Positions 41,815 through 52,000 of a stretch of DNA of 64,000 nt are shown in pieces (the first letter of the stretch is position 1; each line of letters starts with the position of its first letter). Source of the stretch: an uncultured Chloroflexia bacterium (GTDB lineage Bacteria > Chloroflexota > Limnocylindria > Limnocylindrales > CSP1-4); assembly GCA_963762445.1 (NCBI GenBank), contig CAVXLA010000004.1, positions 358,794-422,793 of the forward strand. The letters run 5' to 3'. The translations under genes were made by a program, and so were the position numbers. The notes under the pieces are model-generated. The model ran no database searches and was not told the DNA's origin. It was given only the letters and a program-made list of their open reading frames with translations.

Positions 41815-43224
41815 ATGACGACCGAGCCCACGATCGCTGCGCCGCTCGATGACCTGCGGGCGCCGCTCCCCTCGTCGCTGCCCGAGGTGCGGCGGGAGGC
41901 CGTCATGCCGGCGGGCTTCGCCGCCGGCGCGACGACCTGCGGCATCAAGGCCAGCGGCCGCCCGGACGTGGCCCTGATCCGGGCCACGGCGACCCCGGCG
42001 GCGGCCGCGGCCGTCTTCACCACGAACCAGGTCGCGGCGGCCCCCGTCCAGGCCTCCCGGGCGAACCTGGCCGCCACCCGGCCGGAGGGCCTCGGCGGCT
42101 CCGCCGACCACTTCGGCCGGGCCGCGGCCATCGTCGCCACGAGCGGCTCCGCCAACGCCGCCACCGGCCCCGCCGGCCTGGCCGACCAGGCGGCCATCGC
42201 CGGGGTGGTCGCGCTCCACCTCGGGGTGGATCCGGTGACGGTCCTCAGCCTCTCGACGGGGGTGATCGGGACCCGCCTCCCCGTGGAGAAGGTGGCCGCC
42301 GGCATCGCGAGCCTCGCCGCCGGCGGCCTCGCGGCAACCGACGACGGCCTCCTGGCGGCCGCCGAGGCGCTCCGGACCACCGACTCGGTGACGAAGACGG
42401 CCGCGACACGCGTCGAGCTTCCCGGCCCCGACGGGACGGCGACGACGGTCACCGTCGCGGGGATCGCCAAGGGGGTCGGGATGATCCACCCGCGGATGGC
42501 GACGATGCTCGCGGTGGTCCTGACGGACGCGGCGGTGGATCCCGCGACGCTCCACGGGCTCCTCCGCGGCGCGACCGTGCGGACGTGGAACCAGCTCTCC
42601 GTGGACGGCGACACGAGCACGAACGACACCGTCTTCCTGCTGGCCTCGGGCGCGTCCGCCGCGGCGCCGGTCCTCCCCGGCACCGCCGGGGCGGCAACGC
42701 TCGGCGCCGCGATCGAGGCCGTGGCCCGCTCGCTTGCCCGCCAGCAGGCGGCGGACGGCGAGGGCGCCACGACCCTCCTCACCTGCCAGGTCTCGGGCGC
42801 CCGCGATGACGTGGACGCGCGCGCCGTTGCCCGCGCGGTCATCTCGAGCAGCCTCGTGAAGGCCGCCGCCCACGGCCGCGATCCGAACTGGGGCCGCCTC
42901 GCCGGCGCGGCCGGGAACGCCCGCCTCGGCGAGGCGCGCCTGCTGGAGATGGCAGGGCTCGCCCCCGCCGACGCGCGCGCCCGGGCCGGCGCGGCCGCGC
43001 TCGTGGACCCCGGCCGGCTGCGGATCGCGATCGCCGGCCAGCTCGTCTACGACGGGCCTGCCGGCGGACCGGCCCTCTTCGACCGGGCGGCGACCAGGGC
43101 GGCGATGGCCGGCCCGGAGATCCTGGTCCGCCTCGACCTCGGCCTGGGCGGGGGAACCGGCGAGGCCTTCGGCTGCGACCTCACCGAGGCGTACGTGATC
43201 GAGAACGCGGAGTACACGACGTGA
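41815..43224 (+). CDS. argJ: Ornithine acetyltransferase / N-acetylglutamate synthase
   Basis: STGVIG, TTD, KGVGMIHPRMATML, VDGDTSTNDT, DGEGAT, DPNWGR, CDLT...NAEYTT. Confidence 0.95.
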   Translation: MTTEPTIAAPLDDLRAPLPSSLPEVRREAVMPAGFAAGATTCGIKASGRPDVALIRATATPAAAAAVFTTNQVAAAPVQASRANLAATRPEGLGGSADHFGRAAAIVATSGSANAATGPAGLADQAAIAGVVALHLGVDPVTVLSLSTGVIGTRLPVEKVAAGIASLAAGGLAATDDGLLAAAEALRTTDSVTKTAATRVELPGPDGTATTVTVAGIAKGVGMIHPRMATMLAVVLTDAAVDPATLHGLLRGATVRTWNQLSVDGDTSTNDTVFLLASGASAAAPVLPGTAGAATLGAAIEAVARSLARQQAADGEGATTLLTCQVSGARDDVDARAVARAVISSSLVKAAAHGRDPNWGRLAGAAGNARLGEARLLEMAGLAPADARARAGAAALVDPGRLRIAIAGQLVYDGPAGGPALFDRAATRAAMAGPEILVRLDLGLGGGTGEAFGCDLTEAYVIENAEYTT

Positions 43225-44009
43225 GCGAGATCCTCGTCCTCAAGCTGGGCGGGACGACCCTCGCCGACCAGCAGCAGGTGCTGGCCGAGGTGGCCGTTGT
43301 CGCCCGACGACGGCCGGTGGTCGTCGTCCACGGCGGCGGCCGGCGGATGACGGAGTGGCTCGACCGGCTGGGCGTCCCGACGCGCTTCGAGGGCGGCCTG
43401 CGCGTCACCGACGCCCAGGCCCTCGAGGTCGCGGCCGCGGTCCTGCGGGGCGTCGTCAACTCCGAGCTGGTCGCCGCGCTCCGCGACCTGCGGGTCGACG
43501 CGGTGGGCCTCTCGGGCGTCGATGGCGGGCTGCTCATCGGGGAGCGGGTGCCGGGCATGGGCCTCGTCGCGCACGTGGTCGGCATCAAGCGCGACCTGCT
43601 CGACGCCGTGCTCGTCGGTGGGCAGGTGCCGGTGGTGGCGCCCCTCGCCCGCGACGAAGGCGGCGTCGTCTGCAACGTCAACGCCGACGACGCGGCGGCG
43701 GGTCTCGCCGCCGGCCTGGGCGCCCGCCAGCTGGTGCTGATGACCGACGTCGATGGCATCCGGGGGGCCGACGGGGCGAAGATCGCGTCACTGACCGCCG
43801 CCGAGGCCGAGACGCTGATCGGGCTGGGCACCATCTCGGGCGGCATGGTCCCCAAGATCCGGGCGGCGCTTGCGGGGATCACCGGGCCCGGGGCCGAGGC
43901 CGTCATCTGCGACGCCGCCTCGCTGGACGCGCTGGCGCGGGCCCTCGACGACCCGGCCTTCGGGACGCGGATCACGGCGGCCGACGGCGGTGGCGGGACG
44001 CGCCCGTGA
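43221..44009 (+). CDS. argB: Acetylglutamate kinase
   Basis: VLKLGG, VHGGG, GLRVTD, NVNADDAA, MTDVDGI, GGMVPK. Confidence 0.95.
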   Translation: MSEILVLKLGGTTLADQQQVLAEVAVVARRRPVVVVHGGGRRMTEWLDRLGVPTRFEGGLRVTDAQALEVAAAVLRGVVNSELVAALRDLRVDAVGLSGVDGGLLIGERVPGMGLVAHVVGIKRDLLDAVLVGGQVPVVAPLARDEGGVVCNVNADDAAAGLAAGLGARQLVLMTDVDGIRGADGAKIASLTAAEAETLIGLGTISGGMVPKIRAALAGITGPGAEAVICDAASLDALARALDDPAFGTRITAADGGGGTRP

Positions 44010-44554
44010 GCCCCGCCGTCGCCGCCCGCCGGCAGGCGATCCTCGACCTCGTCGCCAGCCGGGCGATCGGGAGCCAGGAGGAGCTCGCCGGGCTCCTCCG
44101 CGAGCGGGGCTTCCCGGTCACCCAGGCTACCGTCAGCCGCGACGTCGCCGACCTCGGCCTCGTGAAGGCGCCCCGCGGCGATCACCACGCCTACGTCACG
44201 CCGGCCGCGCTGGCCTCGGGGGCGGCGCCAGCGCCCGACCGGGGTACGCCCGACCGGGGTGCGCCGGACGAGGCGCGCCTGCAGCGCATCCTCGCCGACT
44301 ACCCGGTCACGATCGGCCGCAGCGGGCTGACCCTCGTCATCGTGAGCCGACCCGGTGCCGCGTCCGCCATCGCCCAGGCGATTGACGAGTCGGGCCTCGA
44401 GGACCAGGTCGGGACGCTGGCCGGCGACAACACGCTCCTGGTCCTCTTCGCCGACGAGCCCGCCCTCGAGCGCTGGCGGGCCCGCTTCGCGTCACTCGCA
44501 GCCCAGGCGGCCGCCGGCCAGCCCGGGACCGACCTCACCAACACGTACCCCTGA
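44006..44554 (+). CDS. argR: Arginine repressor
   Basis: SQEELA, VTQATVSRDV, PGAASAIA, GTLAGDNT. Confidence 0.93.
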   Translation: MSPAVAARRQAILDLVASRAIGSQEELAGLLRERGFPVTQATVSRDVADLGLVKAPRGDHHAYVTPAALASGAAPAPDRGTPDRGAPDEARLQRILADYPVTIGRSGLTLVIVSRPGAASAIAQAIDESGLEDQVGTLAGDNTLLVLFADEPALERWRARFASLAAQAAAGQPGTDLTNTYP

Positions 44555-44578
44555 GCCCGGAACGGAGGCATCGCAGCC

Positions 44579-45868
44579 ATGAAGAAGGTCGTCCTCGCCT
44601 ACTCCGGCGGTCTCGACACCTCGGTCGCCGTCGCCTGGCTGCGCGAGCAGCACGACGCGGAGGTCGTGACCCTCACCGTCGACGTCGGCGGCACCTCCCT
44701 GCGCGAGGGCGTCGAGCGCCGGGCGATGTCGGCCGGGGCCAGCCGCGCCTACGTCGTCGACGCGAAGGAGACCTTCGTCCGCGACTTCTGCTGGCCGGCC
44801 CTCCAGGCGAACGCCATGTACCAGGGAGCCTACCCCCTGGCCACGGCGCTGGCCCGGCCCCTCATCGCCCAGCTGCTCGTCGAGGTGGCCCAGCGGGAGG
44901 GCGCCGACGCCGTGGCCCACGGCTGCACCGGCAAGGGCAACGACCAGGTCCGCTTCGACGTCGCCGTCCACGCCCTCGACCCGGGCCTGAAGGTCATCGC
45001 CCCGATGCGCGCCGGGATGGGCCTGACCCGCGATCAGTCGATCGACTACGCGAACGCCCGGGGCATCGAGATCCCGATCACCAAGGCGTCGCCCTACTCC
45101 ATCGACGTCAACATGTGGGGCCGCTCGTGCGAGACGGGCGTCCTGGAGGACCCCTGGGTCGCCCCGCCGGCCGACGCCTTCGCCTGGACGGTCGACCCCG
45201 CCGCGGCGCCGCCCGCGGTCGAGATCGTCATCGGGTTCGAGGGCGGGATCCCGGTCTCCCTCGACGGCGAGCGCCTTGGCCCGGTCGTCCTCGTCGAGCG
45301 CCTCAACGCCCTCGGCGGCGCCCACGGCGTCGGGCGGATCGACCACGTCGAAGACCGCCTGGTCGGCATCAAGAGCCGCGAGATCTACGAGGCCCCGGCC
45401 GCGGCCATCCTTCACGCGGCGCACGGCGCGCTCGAGGGGCTCGTCCTCTCCAAGGACACGCTGCGCTTCAACCGCCTGGTCGCGAGCGAGATCGCCCAGC
45501 TCACCTACGACGGCCTCTGGTTCAGCGCCCTCCACCGCGACCTGCGGGGCTACGTCGCGAGCTCCGACCGGACGGTCTCCGGCGAGGTCCGGGTCCGCCT
45601 CGACCACGGCTCGGCGACGGCAAACGGGCGGCGCTCGCCGCTCTCGCTGTACGACAAGAACCTCGCGACCTACGACGAGGGCGACGCATTCGACCACGCC
45701 AGCGCGGTGGGCTTCATCGAGATCTTCGGCCTGCCCCTGCGGGTCGAGGCCGCCCGCCACGGCGCCGTCGGCGCGCACCACGGGGCCGCCTGGACGTGGA
45801 CGCTGCCGCTCCTGCCCGACCTCCCCTCGACGGTCACCGACCGCGAGACCGCCGGGTCCGCCTCCTGA
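44579..45868 (+). CDS. argG: Argininosuccinate synthase
   Basis: LAYSGGLDTS, TALARP, HGCTGKGNDQVRF, GIKSREIYEAP. Confidence 0.96.
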   Translation: MKKVVLAYSGGLDTSVAVAWLREQHDAEVVTLTVDVGGTSLREGVERRAMSAGASRAYVVDAKETFVRDFCWPALQANAMYQGAYPLATALARPLIAQLLVEVAQREGADAVAHGCTGKGNDQVRFDVAVHALDPGLKVIAPMRAGMGLTRDQSIDYANARGIEIPITKASPYSIDVNMWGRSCETGVLEDPWVAPPADAFAWTVDPAAAPPAVEIVIGFEGGIPVSLDGERLGPVVLVERLNALGGAHGVGRIDHVEDRLVGIKSREIYEAPAAAILHAAHGALEGLVLSKDTLRFNRLVASEIAQLTYDGLWFSALHRDLRGYVASSDRTVSGEVRVRLDHGSATANGRRSPLSLYDKNLATYDEGDAFDHASAVGFIEIFGLPLRVEAARHGAVGAHHGAAWTWTLPLLPDLPSTVTDRETAGSAS

Positions 45869-45969
45869 GCACGCCAGGAGGGCCCGCCGGCGGCGGCGGA
45901 CCCCCGCCGGGCCGCGAGCCCTCGATCGATCGTGAACGTCCGCCGGGCGTTCGCGCGACAATCTCCCCG

Positions 45970-47325
45970 ATGGCCGAGCCGCGCCGCATCCCGCCTCCCC
46001 GCACAGCCCGCGTCCGGCGGCCGGTCGCGCCGCTGACCGCCGAGGACCGCGTCGAGCGGCTGGCGGCCGAGGCCGCCTACCTCACGCCCGAGACGGACAC
46101 GCTGCGCACGCTCCGCGAGCTCTCCTTCCTGCACGAGCTCGCCCAGCTCGCCACCCAGGCCCGCGACTGGGACGAGCTGATGCAGACCATCGTGGACCGG
46201 ACGAGGGAGGCGCTCCACGTCGAGGTCTGCTCGTTCTACCTCCTGGACCACGCCACCGACCGGCTGACCCTGGCGGCCACGAACGGCCTCGACCAGGAGC
46301 ACATCGGCAGGGTGAGCCTCGCCCTCGGCGAGGGCATCACCGGTGCGGCCGCCGCCGCCCGCCGGCCGATCGAGGTCCCCGACGTGCGGCTCGACCCGCG
46401 CTTCAAGTACCTGCGCGGCTTCGACCTGGCCGGGCTCACCACGATGCTCTCGGTGCCGCTGACCTGGAACGACCTCGTCGTCGGCGTCCTCAACGTCCAG
46501 ACCGTGGAGACGCGCCGGTTCACGCCGCGGGAGATCACCCTCCTCGTGACGATCGCGGCCCTGCTGGCCGGGATCATCGAGAAGGGCCACCTCCAGCGCG
46601 AGCAGGAGCGCCAGCTCGAGACGCTCCAGCAGCTCGACGAGGCCCGGGCCGAGCTGCTCTCCCTGGTGACCCACGAGCTGCGGACGCCGCTGTCGGTGGT
46701 CCGGGCCTACATCGACCTCCTCGCGGATGCGGCCGACGGGGGCAGCGAGGCGCCGGCACGGGCCAGCACGGACGACTGGCGCAACGCGGCGATCGACCAG
46801 ATCACGCGGCTCGACCGCCTCGTCGACTCGATCCTGGTCTCGGTGCGCGGCGAAGGGCTGGTCGCCCTCGCCCGGTCGCCCTTCGACGTGGGCGTGGCCA
46901 CCGGCGAGACCATCGACCTGCTGCGGCCGCTCCTGCGGAATCACCGGCTCCGCTGGGACCACCCCGACGAGCCGCTGGTCGGCGTGGGCGACGAGGCGCG
47001 CTTCCGCCAGGTCATGGAGCTGCTCCTCGAGAACGAGGCGAAGTACGCCCCCCGCGGCCTCGGCGTCTCGGTGGGCGCCTGGGGCCAGGCGGGCGAGGTC
47101 CGCGTCTACGTGACCGACGACGGGCCGGGCCTCCCGCCGGAGGAGTGGGAGACGGTCTTCGAGGCGTTCGTCCGCAAGGCCCGCCGGCGCGGCCGCGGCT
47201 CGGGGATCGGCCTCTACGCGGCCCGGCGCCTGCTCGACGCGATGGGCGGCCGGGTCTGGATCGAGGGCAACGGGTACGGCGGGAGCCGGTTCGTCGTCGC
47301 CCTCCCGGCGGCCGACGGGCGCTGA
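45970..47325 (+). CDS. Cytoplasmic GAF-domain sensor histidine kinase
   Basis: GAF (LAATNGL...GEGITG...DPRFKY...VGVLNVQ), H-box THELRTPL, N-box LLENEAKY, DDGPG, GSGIGL; no TM. Confidence 0.9.
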   Translation: MAEPRRIPPPRTARVRRPVAPLTAEDRVERLAAEAAYLTPETDTLRTLRELSFLHELAQLATQARDWDELMQTIVDRTREALHVEVCSFYLLDHATDRLTLAATNGLDQEHIGRVSLALGEGITGAAAAARRPIEVPDVRLDPRFKYLRGFDLAGLTTMLSVPLTWNDLVVGVLNVQTVETRRFTPREITLLVTIAALLAGIIEKGHLQREQERQLETLQQLDEARAELLSLVTHELRTPLSVVRAYIDLLADAADGGSEAPARASTDDWRNAAIDQITRLDRLVDSILVSVRGEGLVALARSPFDVGVATGETIDLLRPLLRNHRLRWDHPDEPLVGVGDEARFRQVMELLLENEAKYAPRGLGVSVGAWGQAGEVRVYVTDDGPGLPPEEWETVFEAFVRKARRRGRGSGIGLYAARRLLDAMGGRVWIEGNGYGGSRFVVALPAADGR

Positions 47326-47350
47326 CATTCGGGTTGGAGGTGCGAGCGCG

Positions 47351-48052
47351 ATGACCCTGCCCAAGGCGTCAGACGGCCTGCGAATCCTCGTCGTCGACGA
47401 CGAGCCGGCCATGGTCGGCGCGGTCACGGCCCTGGTGGGCACCGCCGGCCACCAGGTGATCACGGCCTACGACGGCGACACCGCGCTGCGCCGGTTCGAG
47501 GAGGAGGCGCCCGACCTCGTCCTCCTCGACCTCGCGATGCCCGGCCGCGACGGCGTCGACGTCTGCCGCGAGATCCGGAAGACGAGCCGGACGCCGATCA
47601 TCGTGCTGACCGGGGAAGCCGACGAGCTGGCCAAGGTCGAGGCGCTCGACGCGGGCGCCGACGACTACGTGACGAAGCCGTTCGGCAGGCAGGAGCTCCT
47701 GGCCCGGATCCGCGCGGTCATGCGCCGCCTCGAGGGCGAGGCGCCCGCCGGCGGCCTCCGCGTGGGCGCGCTCACCCTCGACACCGGGCGCTACGAGGCG
47801 TCGGTGGGCGGCGTGATGCTGGCCCTGACGCGCACGGAGTTCGCGCTCCTCGCCTCCCTGGCAGCAGCCCGCGGGCGGGTCGTCCCCCACGATCGGCTCC
47901 TCGCGGCCGGCTGGCCGAGCGACCCCGATCCCGACCCGCAGTGGCTCAAGCCGCACCTGGCCCGGCTCCGGGCCAAGCTCGAGGAGGCGGGGGCCCCGCT
48001 GCCGACCTCCGTGCGGGGCGTCGGCTACCGGCTGGAGGCGTCGGGAGAGTAG
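47351..48052 (+). CDS. OmpR/KdpE-like response regulator
   Basis: ILVVDDE, LLDLAMPG, GADDYVTKPF, winged helix ending RGVGYRL. Confidence 0.93.
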   Translation: MTLPKASDGLRILVVDDEPAMVGAVTALVGTAGHQVITAYDGDTALRRFEEEAPDLVLLDLAMPGRDGVDVCREIRKTSRTPIIVLTGEADELAKVEALDAGADDYVTKPFGRQELLARIRAVMRRLEGEAPAGGLRVGALTLDTGRYEASVGGVMLALTRTEFALLASLAAARGRVVPHDRLLAAGWPSDPDPDPQWLKPHLARLRAKLEEAGAPLPTSVRGVGYRLEASGE

Positions 48053-48092
48053 CGGGCGCCGGGAGCTGCGTCGCCCCCGGGAGTGCCGCGGA

Positions 48093-48986
48093 TCAGGGCC
48101 CCGCGAGCTCGGCCGCGATGGCGGCGACGTGGGCGGCCGTCGTGCCGCAGCAGCCGCCGACGATCACTGCCCCCAGCTCAACGGCGCGCCGGGCGTAGGC
48201 CGCGGCATCCGCCGGGGTCGCGGGGTAGGCCACCGACCCGTCCGAGCCGACGAGCGGCAGGCCCGCGTTCGCCTTGGCGACGAGCGGCATGGTCGGCGCC
48301 CCCGCGGCGAGCCCGGGCAGCACCGCGAGGACGGCGTCGAACCCGGCGCCGCAGTTGGCGCCGATCGCCGCGACCCCGAGGTCGGCGAGCGCCGCCGCGG
48401 CGTCCTCGGGGCGATCGCCGAAGAGGGTCCGGCCGCGCTCGAAGGTGAGCGTGGCGACGACGGGCAGGCCGGGTGCCGCATCCCGGGCGCCCTCGACGGC
48501 GGCCCGCGCCTCGGCGAGGTCGGCCATCGTCTCCACCCACAGGACGTCGACGCCCGCGGCGGCGAGGGCAGCGGCCTGCTCGGCGAACGCCGCCCGGGCG
48601 GCCGCCGGCTCGAGGTCGCCATACGGGGCGAGCAAGGCGCCGGTGGGCCCGAGGTCGCCGGCCACCAGCACGTCCGGCGGCACGGCGGCGCGGGCGATGG
48701 CGACCGCCGCGCGACAGACGTCGGCCGTCCGGCCGGCGGCCAGGCCGTCGGCCAGGCGCACGGGGCTCGCCCCGAAGGTCGCGGTGAGGACGATCCGGGC
48801 GCCCGCGGCGGCATGGCCGGCGTGGACGGCGGCCGCGGCAGCCGCGCCGTCCGGGGTGAGCAGCCACGCCTCGGGCGCCATCCCGGCCGGCAGGCCACGC
48901 CCGATGAGCGCGCTGCCCATGGCGCCGTCGGCCGTCAGCGGGCGACCGGCGGCGAGCGCGTCCACGAAGCGAGAGGGCCTGGACAT
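48093..48986 (-). CDS. Homocysteine S-methyltransferase family protein (stand-alone MetH Hcy/Zn domain)
   Basis: ADGAMGS, GDLGPTG, VETM, GANCG, ANAGLP, GGCCGTT. Confidence 0.88.
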   Translation of the reverse strand: MSRPSRFVDALAAGRPLTADGAMGSALIGRGLPAGMAPEAWLLTPDGAAAAAAVHAGHAAAGARIVLTATFGASPVRLADGLAAGRTADVCRAAVAIARAAVPPDVLVAGDLGPTGALLAPYGDLEPAAARAAFAEQAAALAAAGVDVLWVETMADLAEARAAVEGARDAAPGLPVVATLTFERGRTLFGDRPEDAAAALADLGVAAIGANCGAGFDAVLAVLPGLAAGAPTMPLVAKANAGLPLVGSDGSVAYPATPADAAAYARRAVELGAVIVGGCCGTTAAHVAAIAAELAGP

Positions 48987-49017
48987 GGGGGGAGTATCGC
49001 CGGTCGCGTCGGTCGCG

Positions 49018-52000
49018 TCAGGCGCGCGCCTCGGCCGGCCGGACACCGATCGGCTCCACCAGCCAGAAGGCGGCGATCTCCGTCTCCCACCGGGCCAGGA
49101 GCGTCGCCGCGAGACCACTTCCCTCGGCGGCGTGGGCGGCGACCAGGGCCCGCACCTCGGCCTCGCGCTCGGCTGCATCGTCACGGGGCCCGTCGCCGGC
49201 GCCGGGGCGGCGCTCGCCGGCGGGGCACGGCTCGGCGGGCCGCGGCCCGCCGCCGATCCCGTGGGCCCGCAGCGCCCTGGCCCGTACGCTTGCCGCGTTG
49301 ATCCGGTGGGCGACGCGCCCGTCCGGGTCGTAGAGGTACGCCCGGCCACCGGTCATGCCGGCCCCGAAGTTGCGCCCGGTCGGGCCGAGGACCACCACGA
49401 CCCCACCCGTCATGTACTCGCAGCCGTGGGCCCCGATCCCCTCGACGACCGCCGTCGCGCCGGAGTTGCGGACCGCGAAGCGCATCCCCGCCCGCCCGAC
49501 GAGGTGGAGACGCCCACCTGTCGCCCCGTACAGGCACGTGTTCCCGGCGATCGCCTCGCGCTCGGCCAGGAAACCGGCGGTCGCTGGCGGTCGAACGACG
49601 ACGATGCCGCCCGAGAGCCCCTTCGCCACGTAGTCGTTGGCGAGGCCATCCAGGCAGATCCGGACGCCGTCCGTGGCGAAGGCCCCCAGGCTCTGGCCGG
49701 CGACGCCCGTGGCCCGCAGGTCGACGACGATCGGGGCGACCCCGTCGCCCGCATCGCGTGCCGGGCGACCCGTCCGATCCCGGGCCCGCTCGAGGTCGCC
49801 GGAGATCCGGGCGCCGACCGCCCGCTCCCCGGTCGTGAGGGCTGCCGACAGGACGACCCGGGGCGGCCGGTCGGGCCCGGCGAGCACCGCCATCGTCGGG
49901 GCCAAGGCCCCCGCGAGACGGGCGTCGACGGGACTCGCGACCGGCGCCTCGGCGATGCGTCCGCGCGCCTTCGGGCTCTGCGGCGCCCGCGCGGACGGCA
50001 GGCGCCAGGCCGGCGCCCCGACCACGGCGTCGAGGTCGAGCGCCGCGGCCCCCACGGCGGCCAGGCGGTCGGTCCGCCCCACCGCCTCCGCCAGGCCCCG
50101 GAAGCCGATGGCCGCCAGCTCCCGCCGGACATCTTCGGCGAGGGCCATGAAGAAGGCGACGACCTGCTCGGGCGTCCCCGCGAACTTCGCCCGGAGGTCC
50201 GCGCGCTGGGTCGCGATGCCCGTCGGGCAGGTGTCGAGGTGGCACTGGCGGGCCATGTCGCAGCCGATCGCGACGAGGGCGGCCGTCCCGAAGCCGTACT
50301 CCTCGGCCCCGAGCAGCGCGGCGACGACGACGTCGCGCCCCGTCTGCAGCCCGCCGTCCGTGCGCAGGACGATCCGGTCGCGCAGCCCCTGCCGGACGAG
50401 CACCTGGTGGGCCTCCGCAAGGCCCAGCTCCCACGGCGCGCCGACGGACTTGATCGACGAGAGCGGGCTGGCTCCGGTGCCCCCGGCGTGGCCGGAGATG
50501 AGCACGTAGTCCGCGTGGGCCTTGGCCACGCCGGCGGCGATCGTCCCGACGCCGGCCGAGGCGACCAGCTTCACCCCGATGCGGGCCGCGGGGTTCACGG
50601 CCCGCAGGTCGGCGATGAGCTGGGCGAGGTCCTCGATCGAGTAGATGTCGTGGTGCGGCGGCGGGCTGATGTAGGTCATCCCGACCTGGCCGCGGCGCAG
50701 CGCGGCGATGAGGGGCGTCGCCTTCTTCGCCGGGAGCTGGCCGCCCTCGCCGGGTTTGCTGCCCTGGGCCATCTTGATCTCGAGCTGCTCGGCCCGGGCG
50801 AGGTAGCGGGCCGTCACGCCGAACCGCGCCGAGGCGACCTGCTTGATCGCCGACTCCGCCCGCTCGCCGTCTTCGTCGGGCTCGTACGCGGCCGGGTCCT
50901 CGCCGCCCTCGCCGGAGTTCGAGGCCGCGCCCAGGCGGCGCATCCCGATCGCGATCGTGCGGTGCGCTTCCGGCGAGAGCGCACCGAGGCTCATCGCCGA
51001 GGAGACGAAGCGGCGGACGATCTCGGGAGCCGGCTCGACGGCGGCCAGCGGCACCGGCCGGGCGCGGCGCAGGGCAAGGAGGTCGCGGACCATCGCCGGC
51101 TCGTCGCGCGCCACCGCTGCGCGGTAGGCCGCCAGCTGGTCGTCGAGCGCATCCTCCTCGACCGCCGGAGCCAGCGCGGCACCCGGGCCGACGCCGGTCG
51201 GGTGGCCGGCGGCGAGGGCCTGCGTCGCCTTCACGACCGCCGGGGCGAAGGCGTGCAGCTCGCCGTCAGCGCGGAAGCGGGCGAAGCCGGGATCGACCAG
51301 CGCCGGAGCGGCCGCGGGAGTGGGCGCCTCCAGGTACGCGGCCGCGTGGCGGGCGAGGGCCTCCGCGCCGAGCCGATCGAAGGTCGCGGCGCCGGCCGTC
51401 CGCGGCGCGGCCGGGAAGCAGCGGTCGACGACGGCCTCCGCGAGGCCGATGACGTCGAAGAGCTGGCCACCGCGGTACGAGGCCAGCGTGCTGATCCCCA
51501 TCCGGGCGAGCACCTTGCGCAGGCCGTGCTCGAGCGCGTCGAGCAGGTTCGCCTCGGCCTGTTCGGGATCGAGCTCCTCGTTCCCCCGCGAGCCGGCGAG
51601 GCCGCGCGCAACGGCGATCGCGTGCCATGGGTTGACGGCGTCGGCGCCGGCGGCGAGGAGCATCGCCACGGCGTGGACATCGAAGGCGTCGCCCGCGTCC
51701 GCGAGAAGGTCGCAGGCATCGCGCAGGCCGGCGTCCACGAACGCCGCGTTGACCGCGCCCACGGCGATGAGGCTCGGGATCGGCGCTCGACCCGGGCCTG
51801 CGTCGCGGTCGCTCACGACGAGGAGGTCCGCCCCGCGACAGGCGGCGCCGGTCGCCTCGCCCACGAGCCGGTCGAGGGCAGCCGCCAGCCCCGCCGGGCC
51901 CGCCGCGCCGTCGGCGGTCGGCCACGTCGCGTCGAGGACGACGATCCGCCAGGGCCGCGTGTCGGCAGGCCCCGCCCGGCCAAGAGCCAGGAGGGCCTCC

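Noticed and set aside
44232-44269. 15-bp tandem repeat in argR (PDRGT-PDRGA-PDE)
   Set aside because: In-frame duplication in the inter-domain linker; no wider significance evident.
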